From contig NZ_JARGND010000003.1 in NCBI RefSeq assembly GCF_029212645.1, forward strand, positions 61,741-125,740: DNA of 64,000 bases, in the 5' to 3' direction. The stretch is from Vannielia sp. (GTDB taxonomy: Bacteria > Pseudomonadota > Alphaproteobacteria > Rhodobacterales > Rhodobacteraceae). This document shows, one piece after another, positions 41,960 to 52,108 of the stretch. The notes under the pieces are model-generated. The model searched no databases and was not told where the DNA came from. It was given only the letters and a program-made list of their open reading frames with translations. Made by a program: the position numbers and the translations under genes. How positions within the stretch are numbered: position 1 is the stretch's first letter; each line of letters begins with the position of its first letter.

Positions 41960-43888
41960 TTGCCCCCCACAGCAACCGGGCAAATGGGAGCCTCCGGGGA
42001 TAGCCCTCTCCGGAGGTTTCCTGCGCGCATCCTGCTGGGCCTCGCGGTCGCCTGGGTGCTGTTCCATCTCGCCGCCGCCGGGTTCGGGTTGGTGGGCAGC
42101 CATGTGCTGCGCAGCGTCCACCTCGGCGGGGCGATCATATTGACACTTTGCTTTCAGCCATTGCCGCGTTTCTGGCGGTGGCTGGATGCGCTGCTTATCC
42201 TGGCCGTCGCTGCCGCCACGCTTTATCTTGTGGTGCGCAGCGACGCGATCCTGCTGTCGAACTGGTTCACCCATCTCTGGCCCGAACGCATTTTGGGAGC
42301 GCTCATGTTTGCGGGCCTCGTCGAAGGTGTGCGCCGGGCTCTTGGCTGGGGCTTCGTTGCGCTGATCGCCGTTTTTGTCGGTTACGCGGTGCTGGGGCCT
42401 TATATTCCGGGCACCTTCGGGCATCGCGGCCTGTCGTTCGACCGGCTGATCTTCAGCTTCTACCTCGGCAGCCAGGGTGTGGCCGGTATGCTGATCGGCA
42501 TCTCTGCCAGCATCGTCGCGCTTTTCCTGATCTTCGGAGAAATCCTGAACGCCAGCGGCGCGGGCAACACCTTCATCAACGTCGCCCTGCGCATCGGTGG
42601 ATCGTTCCGGGGGGGCGCGGGCATGGTGGCGGTCATCGGCAGCGCTTTCATGGGCATGATCAATGGCAGCGCCGTGGCAAACGTCGCCTCGACCGGGGTG
42701 CTGACGATCCCGCTCATGCGCCGCTTGGGCTTCTCGCGCAATCTCGCCGGAGCGATCGAGGCCGTGGCCTCTACCGGAGGGCAATTCATGCCGCCGATCA
42801 TGGGGCCGGGTGCGTTCCTTATGGCGGAACTACTGGGCATCTCTTATCTTGACGTGGCCGTGACCGCACTGATCCCCTCAACGCTGTTTTACATCGGCCT
42901 GCTGCTCGCCGTCTGGCTTTTTGCGGGCAAGAACGGCTTGCAGCCGATCCCGGCAGACATGATCCCCAGCCGCGCAGTTGCCTATGCACCGCTTGCGATG
43001 CTGGCCTTGCTGCTGCCAATCGGCGCACTTGTTGGCCTCGTCATCGCGCGCTTTACTGTGCAATACGCGGTCCTCTGCGCCATCCTGATCGCGGCGGCTC
43101 TTTTCGTCGTGCAAGCGATCCTGCGCTATAAGCAGCGGCAATCAGACCCGGATGCGGTTTCTCCCACACGGGAGCTGGCCCGCGCCCTGGATTCTTCGGC
43201 CCGCAACATCGCCTATGTCGGCATGATCATCGCCGCCGCTCAGATCATCGTGGCGGTCATCAACCTGACCGGCCTTGGCGTTACCCTGTCGCAAATCATC
43301 GTCAGCCTCGGGCAAAGCAACCTTATCCTGTCGCTCGTTCTGACGATGGGTGTCGCGATCCTGCTGGGCATGGGGATGCCGACGCCTGCCGCCTATGCCG
43401 TGGCCGCAGCCGTGCTGGGGCCACCTCTGGCGCGGCTTGGCCTTGAAATGCTGCCCGCTCACCTGTTCATCTACTATTTCGCCTGCCTTGCGGCGATCAC
43501 GCCGCCGGTTGCTTCGGCTGTATTTGCCGCCTGCGCGATCAGCCGCGGATCGGTCATCCCCACGGCGGGCCATGCGATCTTGCTGTCGCTCAGCCTGTTC
43601 CTCGTGCCTTACCTCTTTGTCATGGACCCGGTGCTGCTGCTGCGGGGCAGCGTGCCCGCCATCGCGTTGGCGGTGGTCACGAGCATGTTGGGCGTGGCGA
43701 CACTAACGCTGTCGACAATCGGTTACCTCATGGCTCCGATTCCAGGGATCGCGCGGATCGTGCTGGGGATCGCGGCGCTGGCGATGATCGTTCCGGGCTG
43801 GGTGAGCGACCTCGTGGGACTATCCATCGCTGGTGTCGTGATGGCTATGTTGCTGTCAGGGAGGTCTCGGCTTGCGGACCCTGGCTGA
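41960..43888 (+). CDS. TRAP transporter fused 4TM/12TM permease
   Basis: GMINGSAVANV, EAVASTGGQFMPPIMG, LGMGMPT, ITPPVA. Confidence 0.92.
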   Translation: MPPTATGQMGASGDSPLRRFPARILLGLAVAWVLFHLAAAGFGLVGSHVLRSVHLGGAIILTLCFQPLPRFWRWLDALLILAVAAATLYLVVRSDAILLSNWFTHLWPERILGALMFAGLVEGVRRALGWGFVALIAVFVGYAVLGPYIPGTFGHRGLSFDRLIFSFYLGSQGVAGMLIGISASIVALFLIFGEILNASGAGNTFINVALRIGGSFRGGAGMVAVIGSAFMGMINGSAVANVASTGVLTIPLMRRLGFSRNLAGAIEAVASTGGQFMPPIMGPGAFLMAELLGISYLDVAVTALIPSTLFYIGLLLAVWLFAGKNGLQPIPADMIPSRAVAYAPLAMLALLLPIGALVGLVIARFTVQYAVLCAILIAAALFVVQAILRYKQRQSDPDAVSPTRELARALDSSARNIAYVGMIIAAAQIIVAVINLTGLGVTLSQIIVSLGQSNLILSLVLTMGVAILLGMGMPTPAAYAVAAAVLGPPLARLGLEMLPAHLFIYYFACLAAITPPVASAVFAACAISRGSVIPTAGHAILLSLSLFLVPYLFVMDPVLLLRGSVPAIALAVVTSMLGVATLTLSTIGYLMAPIPGIARIVLGIAALAMIVPGWVSDLVGLSIAGVVMAMLLSGRSRLADPG

Positions 43889-43938
43889 GGAGGCTTCACA
43901 AACGCCCGGTTTCGGCTTCCAAAAGAGGGGCGGAAGCA

Positions 43939-43995
43939 GGCGGCATGTCAGGGCGGTGTTGTAAAACGCCGCCCGTTTCAAAGAGACATGCCGCC
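43939..43995. terminator. Two-tier hairpin between convergent genes
   Basis: GGCGGCATGTC/GACATGCCGCC outer stem; GGGCGGTGTT-GTAA-AACGCCGCCC inner stem. Confidence 0.5.
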
Positions 43996-44087
43996 ATGGT
44001 CAAATCTGCTGTTACACGGATTGAGCTGCCAGCGGAATGTTCACCGACAGGTCCGACAGGAGCCAGAAATAGGGCGTTTCGGGCCTG

Positions 44088-45680
44088 TCAGGCCTCCTTG
44101 GTCGCAGTGAGCGTTATATCGGGGTAATCCCGCGCAACCCGGTCGATATCCCATTGAAGGCGCGTCAGATAAACGATGTCACCGTCATTGTCGGTTGCCA
44201 TGTGCTGCTTGTTGGCCTGAGCAAATTTCTCAACCGCCTCCTTGGAGCCATTCACCCAGCGGGCCGATGTGAACTGGCTCTGCTCAAAGCGCACGGGAAG
44301 CCCGTATTCCATCTCGATCCGGCTGGCCAATACCTCAAACTGAAGCTGCCCGACAACGCCAACGATGAAGCCAGAGCCGATCATCGGTTTAAAGATTTTG
44401 GCGGCACCTTCCTCGGCAAACTGCATCAGCGCCTTGTCGAGATGCTTGGCTTTGAGCGGATCACCGGCCCGGCAGGATTGCAGCAACTCCGGTGCAAAAC
44501 TGGGGATGCCTTTGACCCTGATCGCCTCCCCCTCGGTCAGCGTATCGCCGATGCGCAACTGGCCATGGTTGGGGATGCCGATGATGTCACCGGCCCAGGC
44601 CTCTTCGGCAAGTTCGCGGTCAGAGGCCAAAAAGAGCACCGGGTTTGTTATCGCCATCGGCTTCTTGGTGCGCACATGAGTCAGCTTCATGCCGCGCTTG
44701 AAATGGCCGGAGGCCATGCGCACAAAGGCCACGCGGTCACGGTGCTTTGGGTCCATATTTGCCTGCACCTTGAAAACGAAACCGGCCACCTTGTCTTCCT
44801 CGGGGGCAATCTGGCGCGGCTCGGCGACTTGCGGTTGCGGCTCTGGCCCGAATTGCGCGATGCCGTCCATCAATTCCTTCACGCCGAAGGAGTTGATCGC
44901 GGAGCCAAACCAGATTGGCGTCAGCGTGCCATCGGCCAGCGCCTGCGGATCAAGCGGGGGCAGCAGGCCGCGCACCATCTCCACCTCTTCGATCAGCTTT
45001 TCGCGCAGATCCTCGGGGATGTGCTCGGCCAACTTCGGATCGTCCAGCCCTTCGATACGGATACTCTCGGCAACCTTGTTGCGGTCTGCCCGGTCCATCA
45101 GCTCAAGGCGGTTGTTGAGCATGTCATAACAGCCCATGAAATCACGGCCCACGCCGATGGGCCAGCTCGCCGGGGTGACGTCAATCGCCAGCATTTCCTG
45201 GATTTCGTCAATGATCTCAAAGGTGTCGCGGCTCTCCCTGTCCATCTTGTTACAGAAGGTCAGGATCGGCAGGTCGCGCAGGCGGCAGACCTCGAACAGC
45301 TTTTGCGTTTGGCTCTCAATCCCCTTGGCGCCATCAATCACCATCACGGCGGCATCCACGGCGGTGAGAGTGCGATAGGTGTCTTCCGAAAAGTCACTGT
45401 GGCCGGGCGTGTCCACAAGGTTGAAGCGATAGGTGCCGTAATCAAACGACATGGCGGAGGCCGAAACCGAGATGCCCCGGTCCTTTTCCATCTGCATGAA
45501 GTCCGAGCGCGTGCGCCGCGCCTCGCCTTTGGCCCGGACCTGGCCCGCCATCTGGATCGCGCCGCCGTAAAGCAGGAACTTCTCGGTGAGTGTGGTCTTG
45601 CCGGCGTCGGGATGCGAGATGATCGCAAAGGTCCGGCGGCGGGCGATTTCGGGCGGCAGAGGTGGGCGGTTGTCCAACAT
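44088..45680 (-). CDS. prfC: Peptide chain release factor 3
   Basis: RRTFAIISHPDAGKTTLTEK, DTPGHSDF, NKMD, FKVQANMDPKHRDR. Confidence 0.96.
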   Translation of the reverse strand: MLDNRPPLPPEIARRRTFAIISHPDAGKTTLTEKFLLYGGAIQMAGQVRAKGEARRTRSDFMQMEKDRGISVSASAMSFDYGTYRFNLVDTPGHSDFSEDTYRTLTAVDAAVMVIDGAKGIESQTQKLFEVCRLRDLPILTFCNKMDRESRDTFEIIDEIQEMLAIDVTPASWPIGVGRDFMGCYDMLNNRLELMDRADRNKVAESIRIEGLDDPKLAEHIPEDLREKLIEEVEMVRGLLPPLDPQALADGTLTPIWFGSAINSFGVKELMDGIAQFGPEPQPQVAEPRQIAPEEDKVAGFVFKVQANMDPKHRDRVAFVRMASGHFKRGMKLTHVRTKKPMAITNPVLFLASDRELAEEAWAGDIIGIPNHGQLRIGDTLTEGEAIRVKGIPSFAPELLQSCRAGDPLKAKHLDKALMQFAEEGAAKIFKPMIGSGFIVGVVGQLQFEVLASRIEMEYGLPVRFEQSQFTSARWVNGSKEAVEKFAQANKQHMATDNDGDIVYLTRLQWDIDRVARDYPDITLTATKEA

Positions 45681-45752
45681 GGGCGGCTTGTAGCAGAGCC
45701 GGCGGGAACGGCAAGGTGCGCTGCTGCGTTGGGGAGTTAAAGGAGAAAGACT

Positions 45753-46016
45753 ATGCCAAAGAAAGACCCCGGACCAAGCGTGAAGAACGACGACACCTAT
45801 GAAGCGCTGCGTGACAAGGGCTACTCAAAGGAAAAATCAGCCCGCATCGCCAATGCTCAGGCCAACGATGATATGAAACCATCCGTAAAAGGCGGCAAGG
45901 CCCCGCCATATGAGGAGTGGACGAAGGAGGCGCTTTACGAGCGCGCTCAGGAGCTTGAGATAGATGGTCGCTCAACCATGGATAAGGCGGAGTTGATCGC
46001 CGCGTTGCGCGGTTAA
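45753..46016 (+). CDS. Small protein with C-terminal Rho_N-like domain
   Basis: YEALRDKGYSKEKSARIAN; WTKEALYERAQELEIDGRSTMDKAELIAAL; AGGAG RBS. Confidence 0.8.
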   Translation: MPKKDPGPSVKNDDTYEALRDKGYSKEKSARIANAQANDDMKPSVKGGKAPPYEEWTKEALYERAQELEIDGRSTMDKAELIAALRG

Positions 46017-47023
46017 CGCCCGCCGCCGCCCTTGAAGAGCTTGCGGCGGTATTCCGGGTCCAGCCTGTCTGGCCCTACCTCTGTGCCAAAGGCTGGAGCG
46101 TGAGCAACATCACCAAACTCGGCCATCAACCCTTCGGCCATCTCACCCGGCAGGCTTTGGCGGGTGTTTGGTGAAAGCTCCAGTGATTCCACGGGGATAC
46201 ACTCTGCATAGATCACCTCATGCTGATCGAAGACCAGGGTGAAATAATCCACAAAACCGCCCTTGCGGATGTAAACGGAATCGTCGTCCACCAGCAGGCT
46301 CGCCTTCACCAGCATCTCGGCGGTTTCGGTCACCCGGTCTGCGCCGCGTTGGTACACAAAGAGCCGCTGATGCTGGCTCAGGATCAGGTCTGACGCGTTG
46401 CCAAGCGTGTCTTTGGTGATGACAACAGGGGCATAAGCGCCAACGGCGCGCACCGTTTGCTGGCCGGTCCAACGCACCGGCTGGGCACCATGATCGCGCG
46501 TCAGCACCCTGTCACCCACCCTCAGGTCTTCCACCGGGCGTTGCGCACCAGAGGAGAGGGTGATCGCGGTGCCACGGGCAAAGGCAAAGGAGGTGAGATC
46601 GGAAAGATGCACCTCACCGGGGTCTTCCGACACGCCAATCAGCGCGTAACCGACCCGCGGTTCAATCGGTTGAAGCGGCAGAACATGCCGGGTGAGGCCC
46701 GCGGTGCCCGGCAGTTCGATCACCAGCAGTTCAATGCCGCCCCCGTCGCCGCCCATCACCGTCAGGCGACCGGCAAGGCGGACGGCATCGCCGGCGCGGC
46801 CCACTTCGGAGCCATCGCCAACCAGATGCACACCGCTTTCAGAAGCAATCGCCAGCTTGGCAACCTGCGCTTCCTCGGCCAACTCGTACGTGTCGCCTTC
46901 GCAAAGCTCGTCGACCGCCTCAAGCACATCGCCAAGGTTGGCCCCCGACGTCACCCGAAGATCATCGCCCGAAAAGACGTGACACATGTAACTGGCCCGC
47001 TGTGGCGGAGTGTGACGGCTCAT
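46013..47023 (-). CDS. Hint (bacterial intein-like, Hint_2) domain protein
   Basis: FARGT.I......VEDL.VGD.VLTRDHG.QPVRW, SQHQR, F..HEVIYAE...ES. Confidence 0.85.
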   Translation of the reverse strand: MSRHTPPQRASYMCHVFSGDDLRVTSGANLGDVLEAVDELCEGDTYELAEEAQVAKLAIASESGVHLVGDGSEVGRAGDAVRLAGRLTVMGGDGGGIELLVIELPGTAGLTRHVLPLQPIEPRVGYALIGVSEDPGEVHLSDLTSFAFARGTAITLSSGAQRPVEDLRVGDRVLTRDHGAQPVRWTGQQTVRAVGAYAPVVITKDTLGNASDLILSQHQRLFVYQRGADRVTETAEMLVKASLLVDDDSVYIRKGGFVDYFTLVFDQHEVIYAECIPVESLELSPNTRQSLPGEMAEGLMAEFGDVAHAPAFGTEVGPDRLDPEYRRKLFKGGGGR

Positions 47024-47293
47024 ATTGTGGTGTCCTGCGGTGTGGTCATCTACTGTTTCAAACGTCTCTTAAAAACCTGCGCCGCCAAGGCCGCGCAATA
47101 ACCCCACACCTGCATAGTGGATAGGCAAGCTTGCCGCAGGGGTCAACCAATCGCCGCTAATGGGCCTAGAATGTGGCGAATTAGTTAAAACTGGATGAAC
47201 AGTCCCGCCCAAGGGGCGCAGATTTTTCAGCGTCTGGCGAATCGCGCGGGGCAGGGGCAGGATGCGGCGAAATTGAAATCAGGAGGAAAAGCC

Positions 47294-48073
47294 ATGGATC
47301 TGGGTATCAAGGGAAAGCGCGCGTTGGTTGCAGCTTCCTCGAAGGGCTTGGGGCTAGGTTGCGCCCGCGCCTTGGCCGAAGCGGGCTGCGATCTCATCAT
47401 GAACGCACGCGGCGAAGAGGCGCTTGAAGCCGCCGCGCAGGCGATCCGCGATGACTTTGGCGTTGAGGTCACAACAGTGGCTTGCGACGTGACCACAGAG
47501 GACGGCCGCGCCAAACTGCTCGCGGCGGCTGGCAAGGTGGACATCCTCGTGACCAACGCCGGTGGCCCCCCTCCGGGCATGTGGCAGGACTGGAGCCGCG
47601 ACGATTTCATCAAGGCGCTCGATGCCAACATGCTGACGCCCATCGCCTTGATGCAGGCCGCGCTGCCGGGGATGATTGAGCGGGGCTGGGGCCGGGTGGT
47701 GAACATCACCTCGCAGTCCGTCAAATCGCCGATTGCGGTGCTTGGCCTCTCCAATTCTGCGCGCACAGGGCTGACCGGATTTGTCGCGGGAACGGCGCGG
47801 CAGGTTGCCGAACATGGCGTCAATATCAATAACTTGCTGCCCGGTATTCATGCAACGGATCGGGCGGATTCGCTCGATACAGGCATGGCCGAAAAGGAGG
47901 GCATCACCCTGGAGGAGGCCCGTGCCAAACGCACCGCCACCATCCCCGCAAAACGCTACGGCACAGCGGAAGAATTTGGTCAGACCTGCGCCTTCATGTG
48001 CTCACAGCACGCGGGCTATATGATCGGCCAGAACATCCTGCTGGATGGCGGTTCGCTCAACTACACGCTCTGA
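47294..48073 (+). CDS. Short-chain dehydrogenase/reductase
   Basis: ASSKGLG, NAGGP, SNSAR, DGG near the C-terminus; AGGAGG RBS. Confidence 0.9.
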   Translation: MDLGIKGKRALVAASSKGLGLGCARALAEAGCDLIMNARGEEALEAAAQAIRDDFGVEVTTVACDVTTEDGRAKLLAAAGKVDILVTNAGGPPPGMWQDWSRDDFIKALDANMLTPIALMQAALPGMIERGWGRVVNITSQSVKSPIAVLGLSNSARTGLTGFVAGTARQVAEHGVNINNLLPGIHATDRADSLDTGMAEKEGITLEEARAKRTATIPAKRYGTAEEFGQTCAFMCSQHAGYMIGQNILLDGGSLNYTL

Positions 48074-48148
48074 CTTGTCGCCACCGGGCCTGCCTGCTAC
48101 CACCTGCCAAACCCGAGGTAATCGCTCGGGAAAGGAGTAGGCAGAGCC

Positions 48149-49234
48149 TTGGCAAGCGCATTCCGACTTGAGGTAAAAAACCTGACGCGTCGCTATGGCG
48201 GGCGTGCCGTTGTGTCTGACCTCTCGCTTGGGGTGGCGCCGGGGCAGGTGACTTGCCTGTTGGGGCCCTCGGGATGCGGCAAGTCCACCACGCTGCGCAT
48301 GATTGCCGGGGTGGATCGCCCCGATGAGGGGCAGGTGCTGGTGGAAGGCGAGGTGGTGTCGGACGCCAAGCACTTCCTGCCGCCGGAAGAACGCCACATT
48401 GGCCTTATGTTTCAAGACTTTGCGCTGTTTCCGCATCTGAACGTGGCGCGCAACGTGGCCTTTGGCCTGCGGGGGCACGGGGCGGAGTCGCGCAAACGGG
48501 TGGAAGAGCTGCTCGCCCGTGTTGGTCTCTCGCGCTACATTGATGCCTACCCCCATGAGCTTTCGGGCGGTGAGCAGCAACGGGTGGCCCTTGCGCGTGC
48601 CTTGGCCCCCCGGCCTGCGATCATGTTGATGGACGAGCCATTTTCCGGCCTCGACAACAGGTTGCGCGATGACATTCGCGATGAAACGCTGGGTTTGCTG
48701 AAGGAAGAAGGCACCGCCGTGCTGCTGGTGACCCATGAGCCGGATGAGGCGATGCGGATGGCCGATGAGATTGCCCTCATGCGGGAGGGGCGAGTGGTGC
48801 AACGCGGTGCGCCCTACACGATCTACAACAATCCGGCAGATATGAAAGCGGCAGCATTTTTCAGCGATATCAACGTTCTGCGCGGCGAAGTTCATGGGGC
48901 TTTGATCGACACTGCCTTTGGCTCTTTCCTTGCGCCGGGGCACCCGGATGGGGCGATGATCGAGATCGGCATTCGGCCACAACACCTGCACATCGACTTT
49001 GATCGCGCTGGCCAAAGACCCAACCCGACCAAGAGCCACGGCATGCCCGCGCGGGGTGTGGTGGAACGGGCGCGTTTCATGGGGCGCGAAAGCCTCATCG
49101 AGCTGCGGATGGATCATGATGGGGCGGTGCTGAAAGCGACGATTCCCAATGTTTTCATGCCTAAACCGGGCACCGCCCTTTGGCTCACAATCCGTCGTGA
49201 CAGGTGTTTTCTGTTTCCGGCCGCGCAGGACTAA
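48149..49234 (+). CDS. ABC transporter ATP-binding protein (FbpC/PotA-like, TOBE domain)
   Basis: GPSGCGKS, FQDFALFPH, LSGGEQQR, DEPF. Confidence 0.9.
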   Translation: MASAFRLEVKNLTRRYGGRAVVSDLSLGVAPGQVTCLLGPSGCGKSTTLRMIAGVDRPDEGQVLVEGEVVSDAKHFLPPEERHIGLMFQDFALFPHLNVARNVAFGLRGHGAESRKRVEELLARVGLSRYIDAYPHELSGGEQQRVALARALAPRPAIMLMDEPFSGLDNRLRDDIRDETLGLLKEEGTAVLLVTHEPDEAMRMADEIALMREGRVVQRGAPYTIYNNPADMKAAAFFSDINVLRGEVHGALIDTAFGSFLAPGHPDGAMIEIGIRPQHLHIDFDRAGQRPNPTKSHGMPARGVVERARFMGRESLIELRMDHDGAVLKATIPNVFMPKPGTALWLTIRRDRCFLFPAAQD

Positions 49235-49381
49235 GCGGCTACCTGCGGCGAAACACCCCGGAATTTGCTGTTTCGTGATGGAATGGCCCCTTTCATCTGC
49301 CGCCCGCATTCCATAAATAGAAACGACTTGATCGGGCACGAAACTGCTCGGCGAGGCTTTAGGGATAAAGGACGGCAAGCC

Positions 49382-49612
49382 ATGAACGCGATGTTTATCA
49401 CGAATATTCCCCCGGTCGGCTGGCTGCTGATCGCCGTGGTCGTGCTGGTGCTCTTCGGGCGCGGCAAGATCTCTTCGCTGATGGGCGAAGTGGGCAAGGG
49501 GATCACTTCCTTCAAGAAGGGCGTATCGGAAGGCACCAAAGAGCTGGAAGAGGCGGACGCGGCTGCGGCGCGCGACGTAACCCCCGAGGAAGAAAAGAAA
49601 GATAACGCCTGA
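49382..49612 (+). CDS. tatA: Twin-arginine translocase subunit TatA
   Basis: TM helix plus [21 protein letters not shown]. Confidence 0.92.
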   Translation: MNAMFITNIPPVGWLLIAVVVLVLFGRGKISSLMGEVGKGITSFKKGVSEGTKELEEADAAAARDVTPEEEKKDNA

Positions 49613-49637
49613 GGGCGATTGATCGAGGGCGCGGGTA

Positions 49638-50330
49638 ATGGGCTGGAGCGAGCTTCTTTTGATCGGCGTCGTGGCCCTCATAGTGGTGGGGCCAAAGGAC
49701 TTGCCGGTGATGTTTCAATCGCTGGGCAAGATGACGGCCAAGGTCAAACGCATGGCGCGCGAGTTTTCGCGGGCCATGGAGGATGCGGCTGACAGCACCG
49801 GCATGGGGGATGTTGCCAAGGACCTCAACAAGGTGATGAGTCCGCGCTCGATGGGCGTCGACAAGCTGCGCGAAGCGGCAGATCGCTTTGACAAGTGGGA
49901 GCCGGGGAAACCGGGGAAACCCGCTGAAAAACCAGAGCTTTCCAAGGATCGCGCGGAGGCTGCCGAGAAGATCAAGGCGGCAACGGCGAAGGCCGCGACC
50001 GAGCGCAAGGCGGCTGAGGCGGCGGCAGAAGCGGCCGAGCTTTCAGACGAGCCGGATGTGACGCCAGAGCCAAAGAAAACCGCCACTAAAACCACAGCAA
50101 AAACAACGGCTTCCAAGGCAAAGGTAAAGTCACCTGCCGCTAGGAAGCCAGCGGCCAAAAGTGCTGCGAAACCTTCGACAAAGACGGCCTCGAAAACGGC
50201 ATCAAAATCGGCGGCCAAGAAACCCGCCGCCAAGAAGCCCGCCGCAAGCAAAGCGACGCCCCCCAAGAAACCAGCGGCGAAGAAAACCGCCGAAAAGCCC
50301 GCCGCCTCGGGCAAACCGCAGGTGAGCTGA
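49638..50330 (+). CDS. tatB: Twin-arginine translocase subunit TatB with Lys/Ala/Pro-rich tail
   Basis: [22 protein letters not shown]. Confidence 0.92.
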   Translation: MGWSELLLIGVVALIVVGPKDLPVMFQSLGKMTAKVKRMAREFSRAMEDAADSTGMGDVAKDLNKVMSPRSMGVDKLREAADRFDKWEPGKPGKPAEKPELSKDRAEAAEKIKAATAKAATERKAAEAAAEAAELSDEPDVTPEPKKTATKTTAKTTASKAKVKSPAARKPAAKSAAKPSTKTASKTASKSAAKKPAAKKPAASKATPPKKPAAKKTAEKPAASGKPQVS

Positions 50331-50337
50331 GACCCAT

Positions 50338-51231
50338 ATGGCCCATACCGAAGAAGACCTAGACGATAGCTCCGCGCCACTGATCGAACATTTGGCCGAG
50401 TTGCGCACCCGGTTGATCCGGGCGGCTGTGGCCCTTGTGGTGGCGATTTTCATCTGCTTCTTTTTCTGGAACCCTATCTTCAACTTCCTAACAAATCCTA
50501 TCTGCATTGCGCTCACCGAACGAGGGCAGGGCTGCGGGCTGGTTTTGATCAAGTTGCAGGAGGGCTTTTTCACCGCGATTCGCATCTCGATTCTGGGCGG
50601 CTTCATGCTGGCGTTTCCGATTATTTCCTACCAATTGTGGCGGTTCGTCGCGCCCGGCCTTTATAGATCCGAGCGCGGGGCGTTTTTGCCATTCATGTTT
50701 GCCTCCCCGGTGATGTTCTTCATGGGCGCGGCCTTTGCCTTTTACGTTGTGGCGCCGCTGGCCTTTGATTTCTTCCTGAACTTCCAGCAGGTTGGCGAAG
50801 CTGGAGAGTTGGTGGAAGCCGCAGAAGGCCAGGAAACATTGGCGGATGCAGGCATCACCTTTCAAGGCTCGATGCAGGAATACCTCAAGCTGGTCATCAC
50901 CTTCATCATGGCCTTCGGGATTTGCTTCCAACTGCCGGTTTTGTTGACGCTGCTCGGCAAGGCGGGGCTGGTTTCGGCCAAGGGGCTGGGAGCGATGCGC
51001 AAATATGCGGTGGTCGCCATTCTGGTGCTGGCCGGGGTCATCACGCCGCCGGATGTGTTCACCCAAGTTATTCTGTTCGTTGCGGTTTACGGCCTTTACG
51101 AAGTGTCGATCCAACTGGTCAAATGGGTTGAGAAAAAGCGCAAGGAACGGCTGATGGCCGAGGGTCTTTGGGATGAAGACCTGGAAGACTGGGACGATGA
51201 CGATGACGACTCAGGGGAGGAAAAGGCGTGA
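50338..51231 (+). CDS. tatC: Twin-arginine translocase subunit TatC
   Basis: [30 protein letters not shown]. Confidence 0.95.
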   Translation: MAHTEEDLDDSSAPLIEHLAELRTRLIRAAVALVVAIFICFFFWNPIFNFLTNPICIALTERGQGCGLVLIKLQEGFFTAIRISILGGFMLAFPIISYQLWRFVAPGLYRSERGAFLPFMFASPVMFFMGAAFAFYVVAPLAFDFFLNFQQVGEAGELVEAAEGQETLADAGITFQGSMQEYLKLVITFIMAFGICFQLPVLLTLLGKAGLVSAKGLGAMRKYAVVAILVLAGVITPPDVFTQVILFVAVYGLYEVSIQLVKWVEKKRKERLMAEGLWDEDLEDWDDDDDDSGEEKA

Positions 51232-52073
51232 GTGACGAGGCCCTGAGCCGGATCGCCGCAGCGCTGGAGCGGATCGCGCCAGCGCCTTTGGAGGCCCCTG
51301 ATTTTAGCTCCGCGCCGGCGTTTTTGTGGCACTCGGAGCCGGACCATCTGGAGCCTGTCACGCAGGTGAACCGGGTGGACCTTTCGCTGCTGCTAGGGAT
51401 CAACCGCTCGCGTGATACCCTGCTCGAAAACACCCGCCAGTTTGCCCGAGGGTTGCCTGCCAACAATGCCCTGCTTTGGGGCGCACGCGGAATGGGAAAA
51501 TCGAGCCTTGTCAAAGCGGTGCATGCCACTGTTGAGGCCGAGGCTCCGGGGCTGAAGCTGGTGGAAGTGCAGCGCGAAGACCTGCCTTCGATCAGCCGTT
51601 TGCTAAGCCATTTGCGCACCTCTGACGCGCGGTTTTTGCTGTTCTGCGATGACCTCTCTTTCAGCCATGATGATGAGCATTATAAGTCACTTAAGGCGGT
51701 GCTGGATGGGGGGATTGCGGGGCGGCCTGAGAATGTTTTGTTCTATGCCACATCGAACCGGCGCCACCTTATGCCGCGCGATATGATCGAGAACGAACGT
51801 TCCAGTGCGATCAACCCCAGTGAGGCGGTTGAGGAGAAGGTTTCGCTGAGTGATCGCTTTGGGCTGTGGCTGGGCTTCCACCCTTGCGATCAGGACGAAT
51901 ATCTGGCCATGATTTCAGGCTATTGCGCGGCGCACGGGCTTGAGGTTGAGCCGGAGCGGCTGCGGGCCGAGGCGATTGAATGGCAGGCGACGCGGGGCGG
52001 GCGGTCGGGCCGGGTGGCGTGGCAGTTCTTCACCGATCTGGCGGGCCGTGAGGGTGTGAAAATCACCACCTGA
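51228..52073 (+). CDS. DUF815-family AAA+ ATPase
   Basis: [39 protein letters not shown]. Confidence 0.9.
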   Translation: MSDEALSRIAAALERIAPAPLEAPDFSSAPAFLWHSEPDHLEPVTQVNRVDLSLLLGINRSRDTLLENTRQFARGLPANNALLWGARGMGKSSLVKAVHATVEAEAPGLKLVEVQREDLPSISRLLSHLRTSDARFLLFCDDLSFSHDDEHYKSLKAVLDGGIAGRPENVLFYATSNRRHLMPRDMIENERSSAINPSEAVEEKVSLSDRFGLWLGFHPCDQDEYLAMISGYCAAHGLEVEPERLRAEAIEWQATRGGRSGRVAWQFFTDLAGREGVKITT

Positions 52074-52108
52074 GGGCCGTTAATCGCAAAAAGATCACAG
52101 CCACAAGC

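Noticed and set aside
44088-45750. prfC as an SXT/R391-type ICE integration site
   Set aside because: Those elements insert at the prfC 5' end and carry an integrase. The 5' end here is intact and no integrase or conjugation genes are present.
47160-47195. Possible CtrA site upstream of the Hint gene (GAATTAGTTAAAA)
   Set aside because: Only a half-site; no full TTAA-N7-TTAA.
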